64,000 bases of DNA from Stegostoma tigrinum (Eukaryota). The notes beneath the pieces were generated by a model. The model was not told the origin of the DNA and ran no database searches. It was given only the letters and a program-made list of their open reading frames with translations. Within the stretch, counting starts at the first letter, position 1. Each line of letters opens with the position of its first letter. Both the position numbers and the translations under genes were made by a program. Location: the NCBI RefSeq assembly GCF_030684315.1, contig NC_081363.1, forward strand, positions 62,872,312 to 62,936,311. Reading direction: 5' to 3'. Of the stretch, positions 1 to 12,547 are shown in pieces.

Positions 1-1048
1 TGGTCATGGTTGATGGAGGTCAGTCATCTCACCTCCAAGGCATTGCTGCAGGGGTTCCACAGGGTAGTGTCCCAGGTCCAACCATCTTCAGCTGCTTCAT
101 CAATAATCTTCCCTCCATCATAAGGTCAGAAGTGGGGATGTTCATCGGTGATTGCACGATGTTTTGCATAATTTGCAACAGCTCGGATACTGAAGCAGTC
201 CACGTTCAAATGCAATAAGATCTGGACATTATCCAGGCTTGGGCTGACAAGTGGCAAGTAAAATTCATGTCACACAATTGCCAGGCAATGACCATCTTCA
301 AGAAGAAACAATCTAATCACTGTCTCTTGACGTTTAATGGTGTTACCAGCACTCCCACTATCAACATCCTAAGGGTTACCATCCTCTAGAAACTCAACTT
401 GTCTAGTGATATTAATATTGTGGCTACCAGAACAGGTCAGAGACTAGGAATAGTGCAACAAACAACTCACCTCCTGATTCCCCAAGACCTGTCCACCATT
501 TGCAAGGCACAAGTCAAAAGTGTGATTGAATTCTTCCCACTTGTCTGATAGGTGCAGCTCCAACAACACTCAAGAAGCTTGACACCATCTAGATCAAAGC
601 AATCAACTTGGTTAGTATCATATCCACAAGCTTCCACTCCCTCAACCACCAATGTTCAGTAGCAGCAGTGTTTACAATCGAGAAGGTGCACTCCAGAAAT
701 TCACCAAACACCCTCAGACAGCACCTTCCAAACACTAGACAACCACTTCCAATTAGAAGGATAAGGGCAGCCAATACATGGGAACACCGCTGCCTGCAAG
801 TTCCCACGTATCTGCTGCAGTGTGTTCCCATCCAGGCCTCTCGCCATCCTGTTTTGGAAATACATCGTCATTCCTTCATTGTTGTTGGGTCAACACCTTG
901 GAATTCCCTCTCTGAGAGCATTGTAGGTCAACCGATAGCAGGTCAAGAAGGTAGCTCAGGGCAACCCTTCTTCAGAGCAACAGGGATAGGCAATAAATGC
1001 TTGCCAGCCAGAAATACCCACTTCCCATGAGTAAATAAAGAAAAAAAG
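1..1048 (+). mobile_element. CR1/L2-group LINE 3' fragment (decayed RT and 3' end)
   Basis: ORF 6..218 GVPQGSVPGPTIFSCFINNL...MFIGDCT matches RT motifs (QGSVLGP, FADD). Downstream frames continue RT C-terminal sequence. Ends in an A-rich tail near 1035-1048. Confidence 0.85.
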
Positions 1049-1559
1049 CTGTTACGTACTTCAAAAATGCAAAGGAATAAACAAATAATTACAAATTGTT
1101 ACACTAACCAATTACACTGGCTCCAGAAAAATTTAACAATTGACAATTATTCAAATATATTTGTGCAGATATTTGAATAATAACTTTATTTCAAAGCAAA
1201 GTACATTTTTCAATCACTCTGCTGATTGCACCCAAAGTAGAATATTTACCTTCTGGAGATCATGATGAGTCAAAGACTCCTGTGGCAGTGGTGCTGGGGG
1301 TACGGGGTGGTTTTTGAGGAACAATGATAATCTAGTCACCGTAAAACCATTTAGCAGAAAGGTGGCTATTCCAAGTGTGTTCCAATTCCAATCATGTTTA
1401 GTTCCCTCTTGAATTCATTGCTGACAGGCTCACTTGTGATAAGCCCGACAATTGGCAAGCATTTGGAAAGTGACAAGAGTAAATGAGTCACGAGGGTGTG
1501 TGTTGAATCTTTGTGCATATACATTTCCTACTGACCAGTTTGCTGGTGCTGCTTAGGAT

Positions 1560-1809
1560 TGTCATGATAGTGACAAGTGACCCAAGAATGAATTACTCCT
1601 AAGAGATGAATTGACTTCATGTATTAGTTTATTTGTAAAAAGCTAGTAAAATTAGAAGCTATAAAATAGAGGAAGCAATGGATTTTGTGTGTGTCATTTG
1701 CAAATGCAAAAGAGGCTAACTATCAGATAGAGTCACAGTATTGCATACACACAATATATAGAGTCCAATATAAGGTGCACTGTCTTCATGGCAAGATCTA
1801 CATAAAACA
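1560..1809 (-). mobile_element. 3' LTR of an LTR retrotransposon
   Basis: On the minus strand, the purine tract AGAAAGGAGGGAGA (1823-1810) is directly followed by TGT (1809). AATAAA lies near 1633-1628 and the segment ends ...CATGACA at 1560 (TG...CA termini). Confidence 0.6.
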
Positions 1810-2059
1810 TCTCCCTCCTTTCTAAACAAAAACTGAATTATTTATAATAACAAGTGAGTCTCTATGAAGTTGCTGATATGTCCAGATATTTTTATATTGA
1901 TTTTGTTTGGAATTGTCATTGATCACACACAATCAGCATTGTTGCCTGTCATTCCTGTTCATTGTCAAGTATGGAATAGAGCTGAGTTCTAAAATTTACT
2001 TATGTTGATCAGACTATTTCAATTTCAGGTCTTATACTCTGGATTTTTTAAATTCTATT

Positions 2060-2880
2060 AATGTTTCACCCTTTTGCTAGTTTAATAAATTTTTTCTCCT
2101 CCATAAGTTACTCTACCCAATGTCCAACCCGTCCAGCTCATGTTCTTTGAAGCCTGGATCTCTTCCATTTGTTGTTTCAGTGCTTCATTGGTTTTCTCTG
2201 TCTTGCTTGAGTTAATTCACTACAGCATAATTGCTGCATTTTTTTCTGAAAGCATTGTTTCATTAGTGTTTTGCAGCTCCCTTATGTGTGCGCTATACAT
2301 CTTCACCCATTTTTGCGGGTGTCATTTCTCCCCCACATTGCTTTGAATTCAAGCCAATGTTTCTGCTGCTGCTCCAGCTGAGTCCAATCTGTTTAGCATT
2401 TAAGTTGCTCCAGATCTTCCCATAAAGCCATAACCTTTACATCGGATTAATGTTAAACAGTTTGTAGTTCATCCTGCCTTCTTTCTTTCTCTTTTAGCCG
2501 TTCATTCATCTTTGAGAGTTGAGGAGAGATATTGCTTAACGATGACATCATTTTAGGGATGTTATTCTCAAGTCTGGATTTGTCCCCTGAATTAGATGTT
2601 CAACCTTTTTCTTTTGTTTTCACTTTATTTTTCTCCACAGTAGAAAGCCAAGATTTTAGCTCCACTAATTCAGAAGAAAGTGAAGAGTCTTGTCTTCTTT
2701 CATATTCAGTTCTAAAAGTGTTTTGTGAACAGTTTGATGTAGTTTCTCTTGAATCTCTTATTTTTTAACTGATTCCATCGATTGTGGTCAGTTCAATATC
2801 ATGGTATACCAGAATACTGAAGTTTCTGATTAAGTCTCGAAGATGTAGAACCTCTAAATTTGCACTTCACCTCAGCACTG
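2060..2880 (-). pseudogene. Decayed coiled-coil-like reading frame upstream of the PPT/LTR
   Basis: Manual minus-strand translation gives E/K/Q/L-rich stretches (SSELVELKSWLSTVEKNK, LSKMNERLKEKERRQDELQ, LWEDLEQLK, HIRELQNTNETMLSEKN, TNEALKQQMEEIQA) broken by stops and frameshifts. Confidence 0.4.
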
Positions 2881-3414
2881 TGTTACAAATGGCAATGATC
2901 AACTGCTACATTTGTAAGTTTTATATTCATAGACATGAAGAAAAATGTGAAATATATATTTTGTAAAAGAGTTTGCATTTCAAATTATTGGCATGTGTGT
3001 TGGCCTATTTTCATGAAGAGGTTTAGACATTTGTTAGATCAGTCTTTGCAGAACAATGGTTTTGAACCAATATGTGCTCTTGGAGTGTTAATGGAAGTTT
3101 GTTAATATTGTGGGTGTTTACACAGGAGAGAGAAAATATTGAAAAACAGTATCTTGCTTTTGGGCTTAAGATAATTGAAGATTGATTTTAACATAGAAAA
3201 GCACAGAAATTGGAAAGATTTTGAGCACTTCAAAGGAAATCTGCCTGAAGTAACATGAAAGTATATCTCTCATAGAAACAAGAGATTGTACTGAACAGTG
3301 GAAGAAATGTTGCCTCAGTAGAAGAGTGTGGTTTGAGAAACTTCCACACCAGAAGTATTTGATTGGTTCAGACAATGGAACCTTGAGAACTTCTGCAGTA
3401 CATCTGAGACATGG

Positions 3415-4590
3415 CATTCACTGCTGCTACTGAATATTGGAGGTGGAGGGAATTAATATTTGTAGGTGTGGTGCCAATAGATTGAGCTGTTTTGTCTTGG
3501 ATGGTGTCAAGCTTCTTCACTCCTGTTTGGAGCTACACCCATCTGAGCAAGTGGGGAGTATTTCTATCATTGTCCTAACTTGTGCCTTGTAGATGGTGAA
3601 CAGACTTTGCAGAGTCAGAGGGTGATATATTCACTGCAGGATTCCAAATTTCTCATCCCACTCTTGGCTACAAAACTTACATGGCTAGTCCAGTTCAGTG
3701 CAGAAGTTGGGGTGTTTGCTGGTGATTGTATAATTGTCAGCACCAGGTGTGATGCCTTGGATCCTGAAGAAGTAGATGTCCAAATGCAGCAAGTGCTGGA
3801 CAATATACAATCTTGGGCTGACAAGTAGCAAGTAACATTCACGCCATACAAATGCCAGGCAATGGCTACCCCCAACAAAGGAGAATCTAACCATTGCCCC
3901 TTGATATTCAATAGCATACCATCACCATATCCCCCATTATCAACAGCAGGAAGGTTACCATTAACTACACTAAAATGGATTAGCCAAATAAGTTCTGTTG
4001 TTTCAGTACAATATCAGAGGCTAGTAATCCTGGAGTAGGTAACTCACCTTCCGTCTCTTGAAAAGCCTGTCTCCCATCTACGAGGCAAAAGTTAGATATG
4101 TGATGGAATGCTCCACACTTGCCTGGATGACCCCTGCTACAGCAAGACTGAAAAAGCTTGACATACTACAGGTTAAAGCCGTGCACTTCATTGACACATT
4201 CTCAAACACCCACCTCTTTCACGGGTGACCCTCAGTAACAGCAGTGCATGCCATACACAGGATGCAATGCAGAAATTCACTAAGAATCCCTAGACAGCAC
4301 CTTCTAAACCCATGACCACCTGTATCTAGAAGGACAAGAGTAGCAGATATATGGCAGCGCCACTAACCACAAGTCCCCCTCCAAGCTACTCACTATCTTG
4401 ACTTGGAACTATAACACTGTTCCTTTACTTTTGCTAGGACTTCTTGCCCTAGCAGCATTGTGGAGCTGCATGAAATGGCCTTCAGCAGTTCAAAGAAGGC
4501 AGCTCACCACCATTTTCTCAAGTGTAACTAGGGATGAACAAAGAGTGTTGGCTCCGTCAGCGATGTCCATGCACCATTTAAAAAAGAGGC
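3415..4590. mobile_element. CR1/L2-group LINE fragments, head-to-head (minus 3415-3698, plus 3699-4590)
   Basis: Plus part reads AEVGVFAGDC...IQSWADK, the same family as 1-1048. The minus part is the reverse complement of the region homologous to ~3970-4250. Confidence 0.75.
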
Positions 4591-4659
4591 AATATAAAGT
4601 AATTCCAAGACCATACCTCTTTGACAGATCATCTTCCATGCTGTCATTGTTCACTTTTA

Positions 4660-4880
4660 CCAACTTAAATTAACGTATCTCCCTGCATTCCAGAGGTTCC
4701 AGCAAGTTGTTAACCCTGGCAAAACTGCACGCCAAAAACAAAGTACATATTGTCCTACTGTGTGAATTGCTCCTTGTTGATGACACCACATTGGAATCCC
4801 ATACTGAAGCTCGCTTGCAACAGGTTGTAGATCAGTTCTCTAGGCTTACAAGGAGTTATTCAGCAAAAAGGTATCAAAAA
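4660..4880 (+). mobile_element. RTE-clade LINE RT fragment
   Basis: Translates to KVHIVLLCELLLVDDTTLESHTEARLQQVVDQFS, resembling RTE RT 'RELLFADDAAL.SHTE..LQ.L.D.F'. Confidence 0.65.
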
Positions 4881-5689
4881 TAAATCCTTCATCTATCCTA
4901 ATGTAGCGTTCTTGTACAATGTTCTATTTTTTTTGTCTGCCAAATACAATTATAAGAAGGATCATTGTTGGCTTTAATAAGGAGGTGTTATAATAAACAT
5001 GTGGGGTAGAGTTTCTGTTTGAGGTATGGATTTGAAAGCTGTGGCAAGTTGCTCTTGAAGTTAGATTACAGTTCAAGATTTCTCTAATGTTAATTTGCAT
5101 AACCACAAATATAAAATATCCCATGAACAATCAGGCATTGTAACAGAACATAATTGTTTTCCAAGAGGGAGACCAAAATGCAATGTCATTAATGTGGTCA
5201 CAATGGGTTTCACATGAAAAGTAATCATTTTGTATTAACATTGTGTACCACCACCTGTGAGTAACGTGGATTTAAATCAATGAAAACCAATTAGTAACAA
5301 AATAAGCTCTGTTCAACATCTGGAAATATGGCCACTTTCAGGCAAAATTATTTTAAAATTAAATTCAAAAGCCATGGAAATGTAATTCAAACCTGACATA
5401 ATTTACCCTTGAATTACCGATGTCTTTTGTGTGATTCCCAAAAGGGAAAAAATAACAGTAATGACGCATTGATCACGCTGGACCTCCATTTTGACATAAA
5501 CAAGACACATCAGACCAGTATGTTTCATTCACCAGATTTACTCTTCTTTCTTTCTAGGGTTCACTGCTTTAACTTTGATGAAGAATGATCAGGGCACACA
5601 GCCATGACCACCCTCATGCTTGGGATAAAGGGCCAGATGTTTTTTGCTCACCACCAAAGACTCACCCAATCAGTCTACCTATGGGATTT

Positions 5690-6838
5690 GTCCAAGCCTG
5701 ATGGGATTTATCCTAGGATCCAGTGATGGGCAAATTATTGGAAAGGGCTCTGAGAGATAGGTTTATGATCACTTGGAAAGGCACAGCTTGATTCGTGATA
5801 ATCAGCATGGATTTGTGAGGGCTAGATCATGCCTCACAAACCGTATTGAATTCTTTGAAAGGATCTGTCCTGTGTCGTCTTCTATTTGTAATTTTTGTAA
5901 ATGATTTGGATGAAGGAGTGTTAGGGTGGATTAGCAAGTTCGCAGATGATATGAAGGTGGGTCACATTGTGGACAGTGCAGAGGGCTGTTCTAGGTTAAA
6001 AAGGGACATTGATAGAATGCAGAGCTGGGCTGAGAAGTGGCAGATGGAGTTTAACCCTGAAAAGTGTGAGGTGATTCATTTTGGAAGGACAAACTTGAAA
6101 GCTGAATACAGGGTTACAGAAAGATTCTTGGCAGTGTGGAGGAGCAGAGGGGTCTTGGGGTTCATGTTCACAGTTCCCTGAAAGCTGCCACCCAGGTGGA
6201 TAGAGTTGTTAAGAAGGCGTACGGTGTGTTAGCTTTCATTAGTAGAGGGATTGAGTTCAAGAGCCGTGAAGTTATGCTCCAGCTATACAAAAGCCTGTTT
6301 CAGTCTCATCTGGAGTATTATGTACAGTTCTGGCCACCTTATTACAGGAAACATGTGGAGGTGTTGGAAAAGGGGCAGAGGAGATTTAGCAGGATGTTGC
6401 CTGGAATGGAGGGAAGGTCTAATGAGGAAAGGTTGAGAGACTAGGGCTTTTCTCTTTAGAATGATGACGGATGAGAGGTGACTTGATAGAGGCGTACAAA
6501 ATGATCAGAAGTATAGAGCAGGCAGCAGAGACTTTTTCCTAGGGTGCAGGTAACTATTACGAGGGGGCAGAGTTTTAACGTGAGTGGAGGTAGATACAGG
6601 GGAGACATCATAGGTAGGATCATTACTCAGAGAGTGGTAGGGGCATGGAATGTATTGCTGGATGGGGTAGTGGAATCGGCCTCATTAGGGGCATTTAAGC
6701 GGCTATTAGATAGGCATATGGATGATAGTATAAGGTAGGGGTGGAGGTTAGATTGGCCTTAGTATTAGGGTAAAAGTTCAGCACAACATCGTGGACTGAA
6801 GGGCCTGTACTGTGCTGTACTGTTCTATGTTCTATGTT
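5690..6838 (+). mobile_element. CR1 LINE, 5'-truncated with internal deletions
   Basis: ORFs 5846..6181 (SKFADDMKVG...WAEKWQMEFNPEKCEVIHFG), 6136..6444 and 6544..6738. Ends in a CR1-type tail TGTTCTATGTTCTATG. Confidence 0.92.
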
Positions 6839-7883
6839 TAATCCATTTAAGTAAGTTTCTGGGCAGCATCAGAAAGGACCTCTGAAACTACCAATGAACA
6901 GAAGAAGGAAGCCTCCATGTTAGACAACATAGCAAAGTTCTGAGGATGATGCTTGCAAGTTCTGAAGTGGCCTGAGAACAACTGACAATCTCCCAAGTGG
7001 TGACAAAACGCAAAGCATGTGACTAAACTTAGCCTTTCAACCAGGACACCGAATGTTAGCATTCCTAATAGCACCAGGTAAACCCTGAAAGGTCTCGTTC
7101 AGTGACCAATACAGAGTAACTAAGTAGCTTGGGGCAGTGAATTATGTGAATGAGATACTAGGTTGGGGAAAAAAAAAAGACTGTGTTTTGCCAATGTGGT
7201 GAAGCAGTATCACTGCTGAGAAGGGGACAATGGTCTATACTAGTCACTGACATAGAGGATCAAGGTAGCAGTATGAACGACTTGGAAAGGAGAGGAATTG
7301 ATTGACAGCCTACTACATGGTTAACCCGGAAAGAAACACAAGCAAACAAAGGCCCCTTTTCCATCCAAAGATGGTGCAGAACAGCTAGCAAACTTCACAG
7401 GGCTGCACATTGCATCAAAAGGCTTGTAGAAAGACAGGTGATGCTGCATTACCCCAGCTCTGAAAAATGCGAATGTTGGAGAGCCACTCCTTATGGCAAC
7501 ATCCCTAACAGCTAGCCACAGAAAAGTTGGCCCTGCTCCAGGAGATTAACTGCTCACCAGAGCGCCAACTGATAGAGCATAGCAACTATAGTTGGAGCTC
7601 CTCAGTTGTCTCATGCCCAAGGCAACATCTCCACAAGACTCTGCTTTGACTGCCATGAAGTTGTTGTAGTGACCACAGCCAACCCTCACTCGATACTCTG
7701 GATGGAATATTAAATGGACAGGGTCAGTAACGCAAACTCCATTACCAAGATTAATTTATTCAAGAGGTACTGGTAGGTTCCATTAACTACCACATGAAGG
7801 AAATCTCCATCTTCCAAACTCTAGATGGTTTATACTAGTATCAAGTCATGCCATTCAGAAACTCCTTGGGAGTTAAAATAGTA

Positions 7884-8578
7884 TCAGAGATAATGGGAAC
7901 TGCAGATGCTGGAGATTCCAAGATAATAAAATGTGAGGCTGGATGAACACAGCAGGCCAAGCAGCATCTCAGGAGCACAAAAGCTGACGTTTCGGGCCTA
8001 GACCCTTCATCAGAGAGGGGGATGGGGGGAGGGAACTGGAATAAATAGGGAGAGAGGGGGAGGCGGACCGAAGATGGAGAGTAAAGAAGATAGGTGGAGA
8101 GAGTGTAGGTGGGGAGGTAGGGAGGGGATAGGTCAGTCCAGGGAAGACGGACAGGTCAAGGAGGTGGGATGAGGTTAGTAGGTAGCGGGGGGTGCGGCTT
8201 GGGGTGGGAGGAAGGGATGGGTGAGAGGAAGAACCGGTTAGGGAGGCAGAGACAGGTTGGACTGGTTTTGGGATGCAGTGGGTGGGGGGGAAGAGCTGGG
8301 CTGGTTGTGTGGTGCAGTGGGGGGAGGGGATGAACTGGGCTGGTTTAGGGATGTGGTGGGGGAAGGGGAGATTTTGAAACTGGTGAAGTCCACATTGATA
8401 CCATTGGGCTGCAGGGTTCCCAGGCGGAATATGAGTTGCTGTTCCTGCAACCTTCGGGTGGCATCATTGTGGCAGTGCAGGAGGCCCATGATGGACATGT
8501 CATCAAGAGAATGGGAGGGGGAGTGGAAATGGTTTGCGACTGGGAGGTGCAGTTGTTTGTTGCGAACTGAGCGGAGGT
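7884..8578 (-). mobile_element. Penelope-like element 3' fragment (GIY-YIG C-terminus, 3' UTR, tail)
   Basis: ORF 8238..8498(-) is nearly identical to the C-terminus of 25533..26402. Contains the hammerhead motif and terminal tail ...CCCATTATCTCTGA. Confidence 0.95.
7984..8015 (-). ncRNA. Minimal hammerhead ribozyme motif
   Basis: Reverse complement reads CT-CTGATGA-AGGGTCTAGGCCC-GAAA-CG-TC-AG: conserved core, GGG/CCC stem II, palindromic ACGT in place of stem III. Confidence 0.75.
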
Positions 8579-9130
8579 GGGAGTTTCTGGGTTTTGCCGA
8601 AAGTTCTGCTGAAACTTCAGTCCAATGGCTGTGTCACTAACAGACCTATTACAGAAAAAAGCGTACGTAATATGGTCTGGGAAACAACAAATTGCATTTG
8701 AAAAGCTGACACCCATTTTAATAAGCGAGCCTGTGCTTACAGCTCTAAACTTTAACCAAACATTTAAAGTAGCCATTGATGTAAATGACATCAGGGCCAT
8801 TTTCCTTCACCAAGACAAATCTAGACCAGGGAGGCCAATTGGTTACTTTCCCAGAAAAACCAAACAAACTTCAGAGATGACATTCCACAGTAGAGAAAGA
8901 AACCCTTACTTTGTTACTAGCTCTCAAAAGCTTTGATATCTATGTCTGAAATAGATAAAGAGAGATCACTATTTAAATTGACTGCATAAGTTAATGTTTA
9001 TGGAAAGTTAAAGACCCCAAATAAAAATCGGGTTTATTCTGTTGGAGTTTTCTTCTGTGAGCCATTCAACATGAAAATTACCTAATTGAAAAAAAATTGA
9101 AGTAATTGTAGGTGTCCTGTCCAGAGCCAG
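8579..9130 (+). mobile_element. Gypsy pol remnant (RT connection/RNase H), Gmr1-like
   Basis: ORF 8625..8936 LTDLLQKK...AFEKL..IL.SEPVL...NF.QTFKVAIDV...PIGYF, then STVEKE- and VGVLSR-like motifs (ADALSR). No integrase follows, as expected for the Gmr1 domain order. Confidence 0.8.
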
Positions 9131-9289
9131 ATGGTGAAAGTAGACCTAGCTAGAACTGAGAAGATGCTGTTGGCCAAGCCAAGAGAATGAATACATGTGT
9201 GAGTGTGTTTGTTGTTCCACACACAGTCAATTCTTTTACTCCTTTGTCATTAAATGAGAATAGAATTCTGGCAGGTTAGTATTATGGAG

Positions 9290-10285
9290 GTGAATTGACA
9301 CTTTGAAATGCTATGGACTTTTATTTAAAAAGGACCCTACTATAGAGATAAACTAACCACAGGTGTAAATGCTGGCTGACAAAATCTTCATGTGGGGCTG
9401 ATGGAATATAGCACCTAATGTGTCAAACTTCAAATAGACTGGACAGTGATCTCTTGTAACAGCAAAGACAGTAAGGTCTTGATGGCTTATTGTTCAACAG
9501 CCACCCCATGTGAATAATGACCCAAACTGCCAACATGTTTTGTGTTTTACCTTTCAAACATGACTCATGATGGGGGTTAAAAAGCCACTTTCAACTCTAC
9601 CGGGTTGTGCTAGTGGGGCTAAATGTTTCCATGTGTACCAATCCAGGTTCAGGCACGAGTGTGCTGTGAAGGTTGCTGTTAACATATTATTTCTTAGCTA
9701 ACTATGTCTTGCAGGTAGAGATTTATCGCACCTTCAAAACTAAAAGCAAGCTAACTAGCACCAAACAAAAGGAAATGGGACAACCAAAGGGCTTTCTCTT
9801 ACACTGAATGTTCAAATTCATCCATGGTTGAAAAAACATCAGAAACAGACCAACAGAACCTCAACAGATCTGTGGAGTTAATGATTATAAACCAATTGTT
9901 CAAATACCAATGTCAATGCTACTGTAACTCCTATTGCAACGACACAATATTAAACTATCTGCTCTTTGCAAATAATTTAGAGACTGATCCATATATTAAT
10001 TTTGTTTTAAATTTTGCCATTTTGGACTCATCTCTTATTTCTAATCTCTGTGTGTGTGTTTCTAATTCTTTTTGTGATTAGTAATTAGGAAACTCGCTTT
10101 CAGCTACCTCAAAGAAGCCTGGTTAAACTATTTCCTTTTAGAACGTAGGTTTATTTACAATCTTGGTAAAAGGTATCCAACAGGGATGGTTTCTTTCCCC
10201 ACTTAACCTTGTTTCAATCAACCAAGGGGGTGGATCAATAAAGAAGGGAGGCAGTTCATTCCTCTTCACTTGGTATCTTAATAAT
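9290..10285 (+). mobile_element. Probable 3' LTR of the Gypsy element
   Basis: Non-coding segment directly after the pol end and a short purine tract (ATGGAGGTG). Boundaries approximate. Confidence 0.4.
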
Positions 10286-11259
10286 CTGTAGTATCTGGTC
10301 TGGAACCATTACCTCCGTATACCCTTAACAAAAAGAACATTTAGGAGTTTAGAAATATTAATTAGCATTGTCATTGCTTTAAAGATCACTCAAATGCTGT
10401 TCTACTTCATCCTTTCATCCATAATTTAAACATTCATTGACTCATATTGGGGATAAACGTTAGTCTGGGCCCAGAGTTCGGAGTTCAGAGTGTGATTTCA
10501 AACAAAAATGGTCAGGTTTACCTTGCATTTGGCCTCAATTATGTTTTGAGTTGGGCTTTTCCTATTACCATTTCCTTTTAGGCAAAATATATAATTTGTT
10601 CTCAGATATAGTTGTTAGATTTCTAAGCTGACATAATTGGACTATCTAATAGTTCTTGGTCAAATTGCTGAAAGCTAATTTGGACTACTGTTTAGGAAAA
10701 TGTCACCATGGTGTTTTGACACCACCTAGAGGATATGACAGGCATTGAACTAAGAAACGTCAAGAATAATGTAAAACCTGAAATGAAAAGCCTGATCTTA
10801 GCTTATTCAAAACCTATGCACTTGCACAGAGTTGAAAATCAGATGGCATTACTTATCAAATACCTCCAAAATAGCAAGGCTGATTTTGTGTGAGCTTCAT
10901 CAGAACAGTGCAGCAGTTCAAAGAAAGGAAAGAAATGTACTTCGAATACTAAGGAGCAGGTGCCTGTGAGTTTACATCAAAACACTGAATCCGGATTTTT
11001 TGGGCTATTCTGCACGTTGTCATCTTCTCACACTTCCACTCCTTTGCGTACCTTTGTGTGCCATTCATTCATTCTATGCCTCATAAATCTCTACGTTTTC
11101 TGTCATTAAAATTCATATTGCCTCTTAATAACACAATTAACAGAGCTTACCTATTTTCTGTTTCTCTATTTACAGCCCCTTCTATTTCTTGACTCAAGGA
11201 TGTGAGTGAGTGTGTGTGTTTTTGTGTGTGTGCAGTCATCTACCTGTATCTTTACCATA

Positions 11260-12547
11260 TGTAAATACGGAGAAATTAGTCGAAGAAAACATGGGTCCAG
11301 AGAGCAAACGTAGGTGAAATCATATTGGGGATTAACCAAATGACAGAATTATTAGATAAATATTTTGTATTTGGCTTCAGAAAACACAAAAAAGTTCTGA
11401 AAATGAATGGAGAATCAAGGGTCTAAAGGAATTAGGTATTGCGTAAATGGGTACATTAGGTAAATGGTATTGGAGAAATTAATGAGACTATTTAGCAGAA
11501 AATTCTCTAGATCTGATGATGAGCGAGTGATAGTGATTGTATTTGATCTACCAGATTTCCATAAACTCTCAAACAGTTCCCAAGGATTGGAAGTGCGGAA
11601 AATTTATTCTGGTAGGAGTAAAGGAGAAAGAAAAGGGGGAAGCCAGAGACCTGTTGGTGTAAATGTAACAGCTGCCATTTGTTATTAATGGGTGGCAATT
11701 TTGGAAATTGGAAAATCATGATATGATTAAGTAGAGACAGCACAAACACATGAAGATTGAATTACATTTAGCAAATCTGTTTGAATTTTTTCTGAGGATG
11801 CAATTTTCTTTGGCAGCTTTCTCTCTTGTGAGATGATGGACATAGTGGACAACTGTTTTTAAACATTTCCTGGTCATTCAATACTGAACCCATCTGGTTC
11901 AGTAATGTCCTTTAAGGAAGGAAACTGCCATCCTTACCTGGTGTGGCCTACATGTGACTCCAGACCCACAGCCATGAAGTTGACTCTGAACTGCCCACTG
12001 GACGATTAGGGATGGGTCATAAATGCTGCCTCGCCAGAGGTGCCCTCATTTGGTTAATGAGTAAAAAAAGAACAGCGACCTGCGAAGGTGCAGGATTCAT
12101 TATATTTCTCTGAGCCCTCCAACAAAACTTTCAGTTCTACTCACCATCTGCAACTAGTCAGATGAATTAAAGGGGAATTAGTGGATGTAACATATTTGTA
12201 TTTTCAAAAGAAACATTTAATAAAGGTGCCACACATGAGTGTATTACACAAAATTAGGAATCATGGGATTAGAGTAATATATTACCATAGGCTAAGGATT
12301 GGTTATAAACAGGAAACAAAGGGTAGGAACAAATAGGACATTTTTAGGCTAGCACACTGTAATGTAACTCGCCATTTTGAAATCTATAATAAAGATACAA
12401 AAGAGGAATAATTGCAATGAATATTATGAGTTTTGCTGATGATAGTAAGTTAGATGGGAAAGCCAGATGGAAAGAAATCTCACAGAGCATGTCATGTAAC
12501 TATGCTCAAGAGGTATTTTGATAGGAAAGCAGAGTAAAAGGTGAGTG
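11260..12547 (+). mobile_element. Heavily decayed CR1 LINE fragments
   Basis: Residual CR1 peptides (MVLEKLMRL..KFSRSD, VDVTYLYFQK..F.KVPH, FADDSKLDG). Confidence 0.65.
11880..12070 (+). mobile_element. Deu-type SINE 3' part (shares 3' end with the CR1/L2-like LINE)
   Basis: Reverse-complement homolog of 24668-24945 and 53745-54095 (GGTTCAGTAATGTCCTTTAAGGAAGGAAACTGCC...GTGACTCCAGACCCACAG). A-tail. Confidence 0.7.

Noticed and set aside
11200-11232. (TG)n-like run
   Set aside because: Ordinary degenerate microsatellite.
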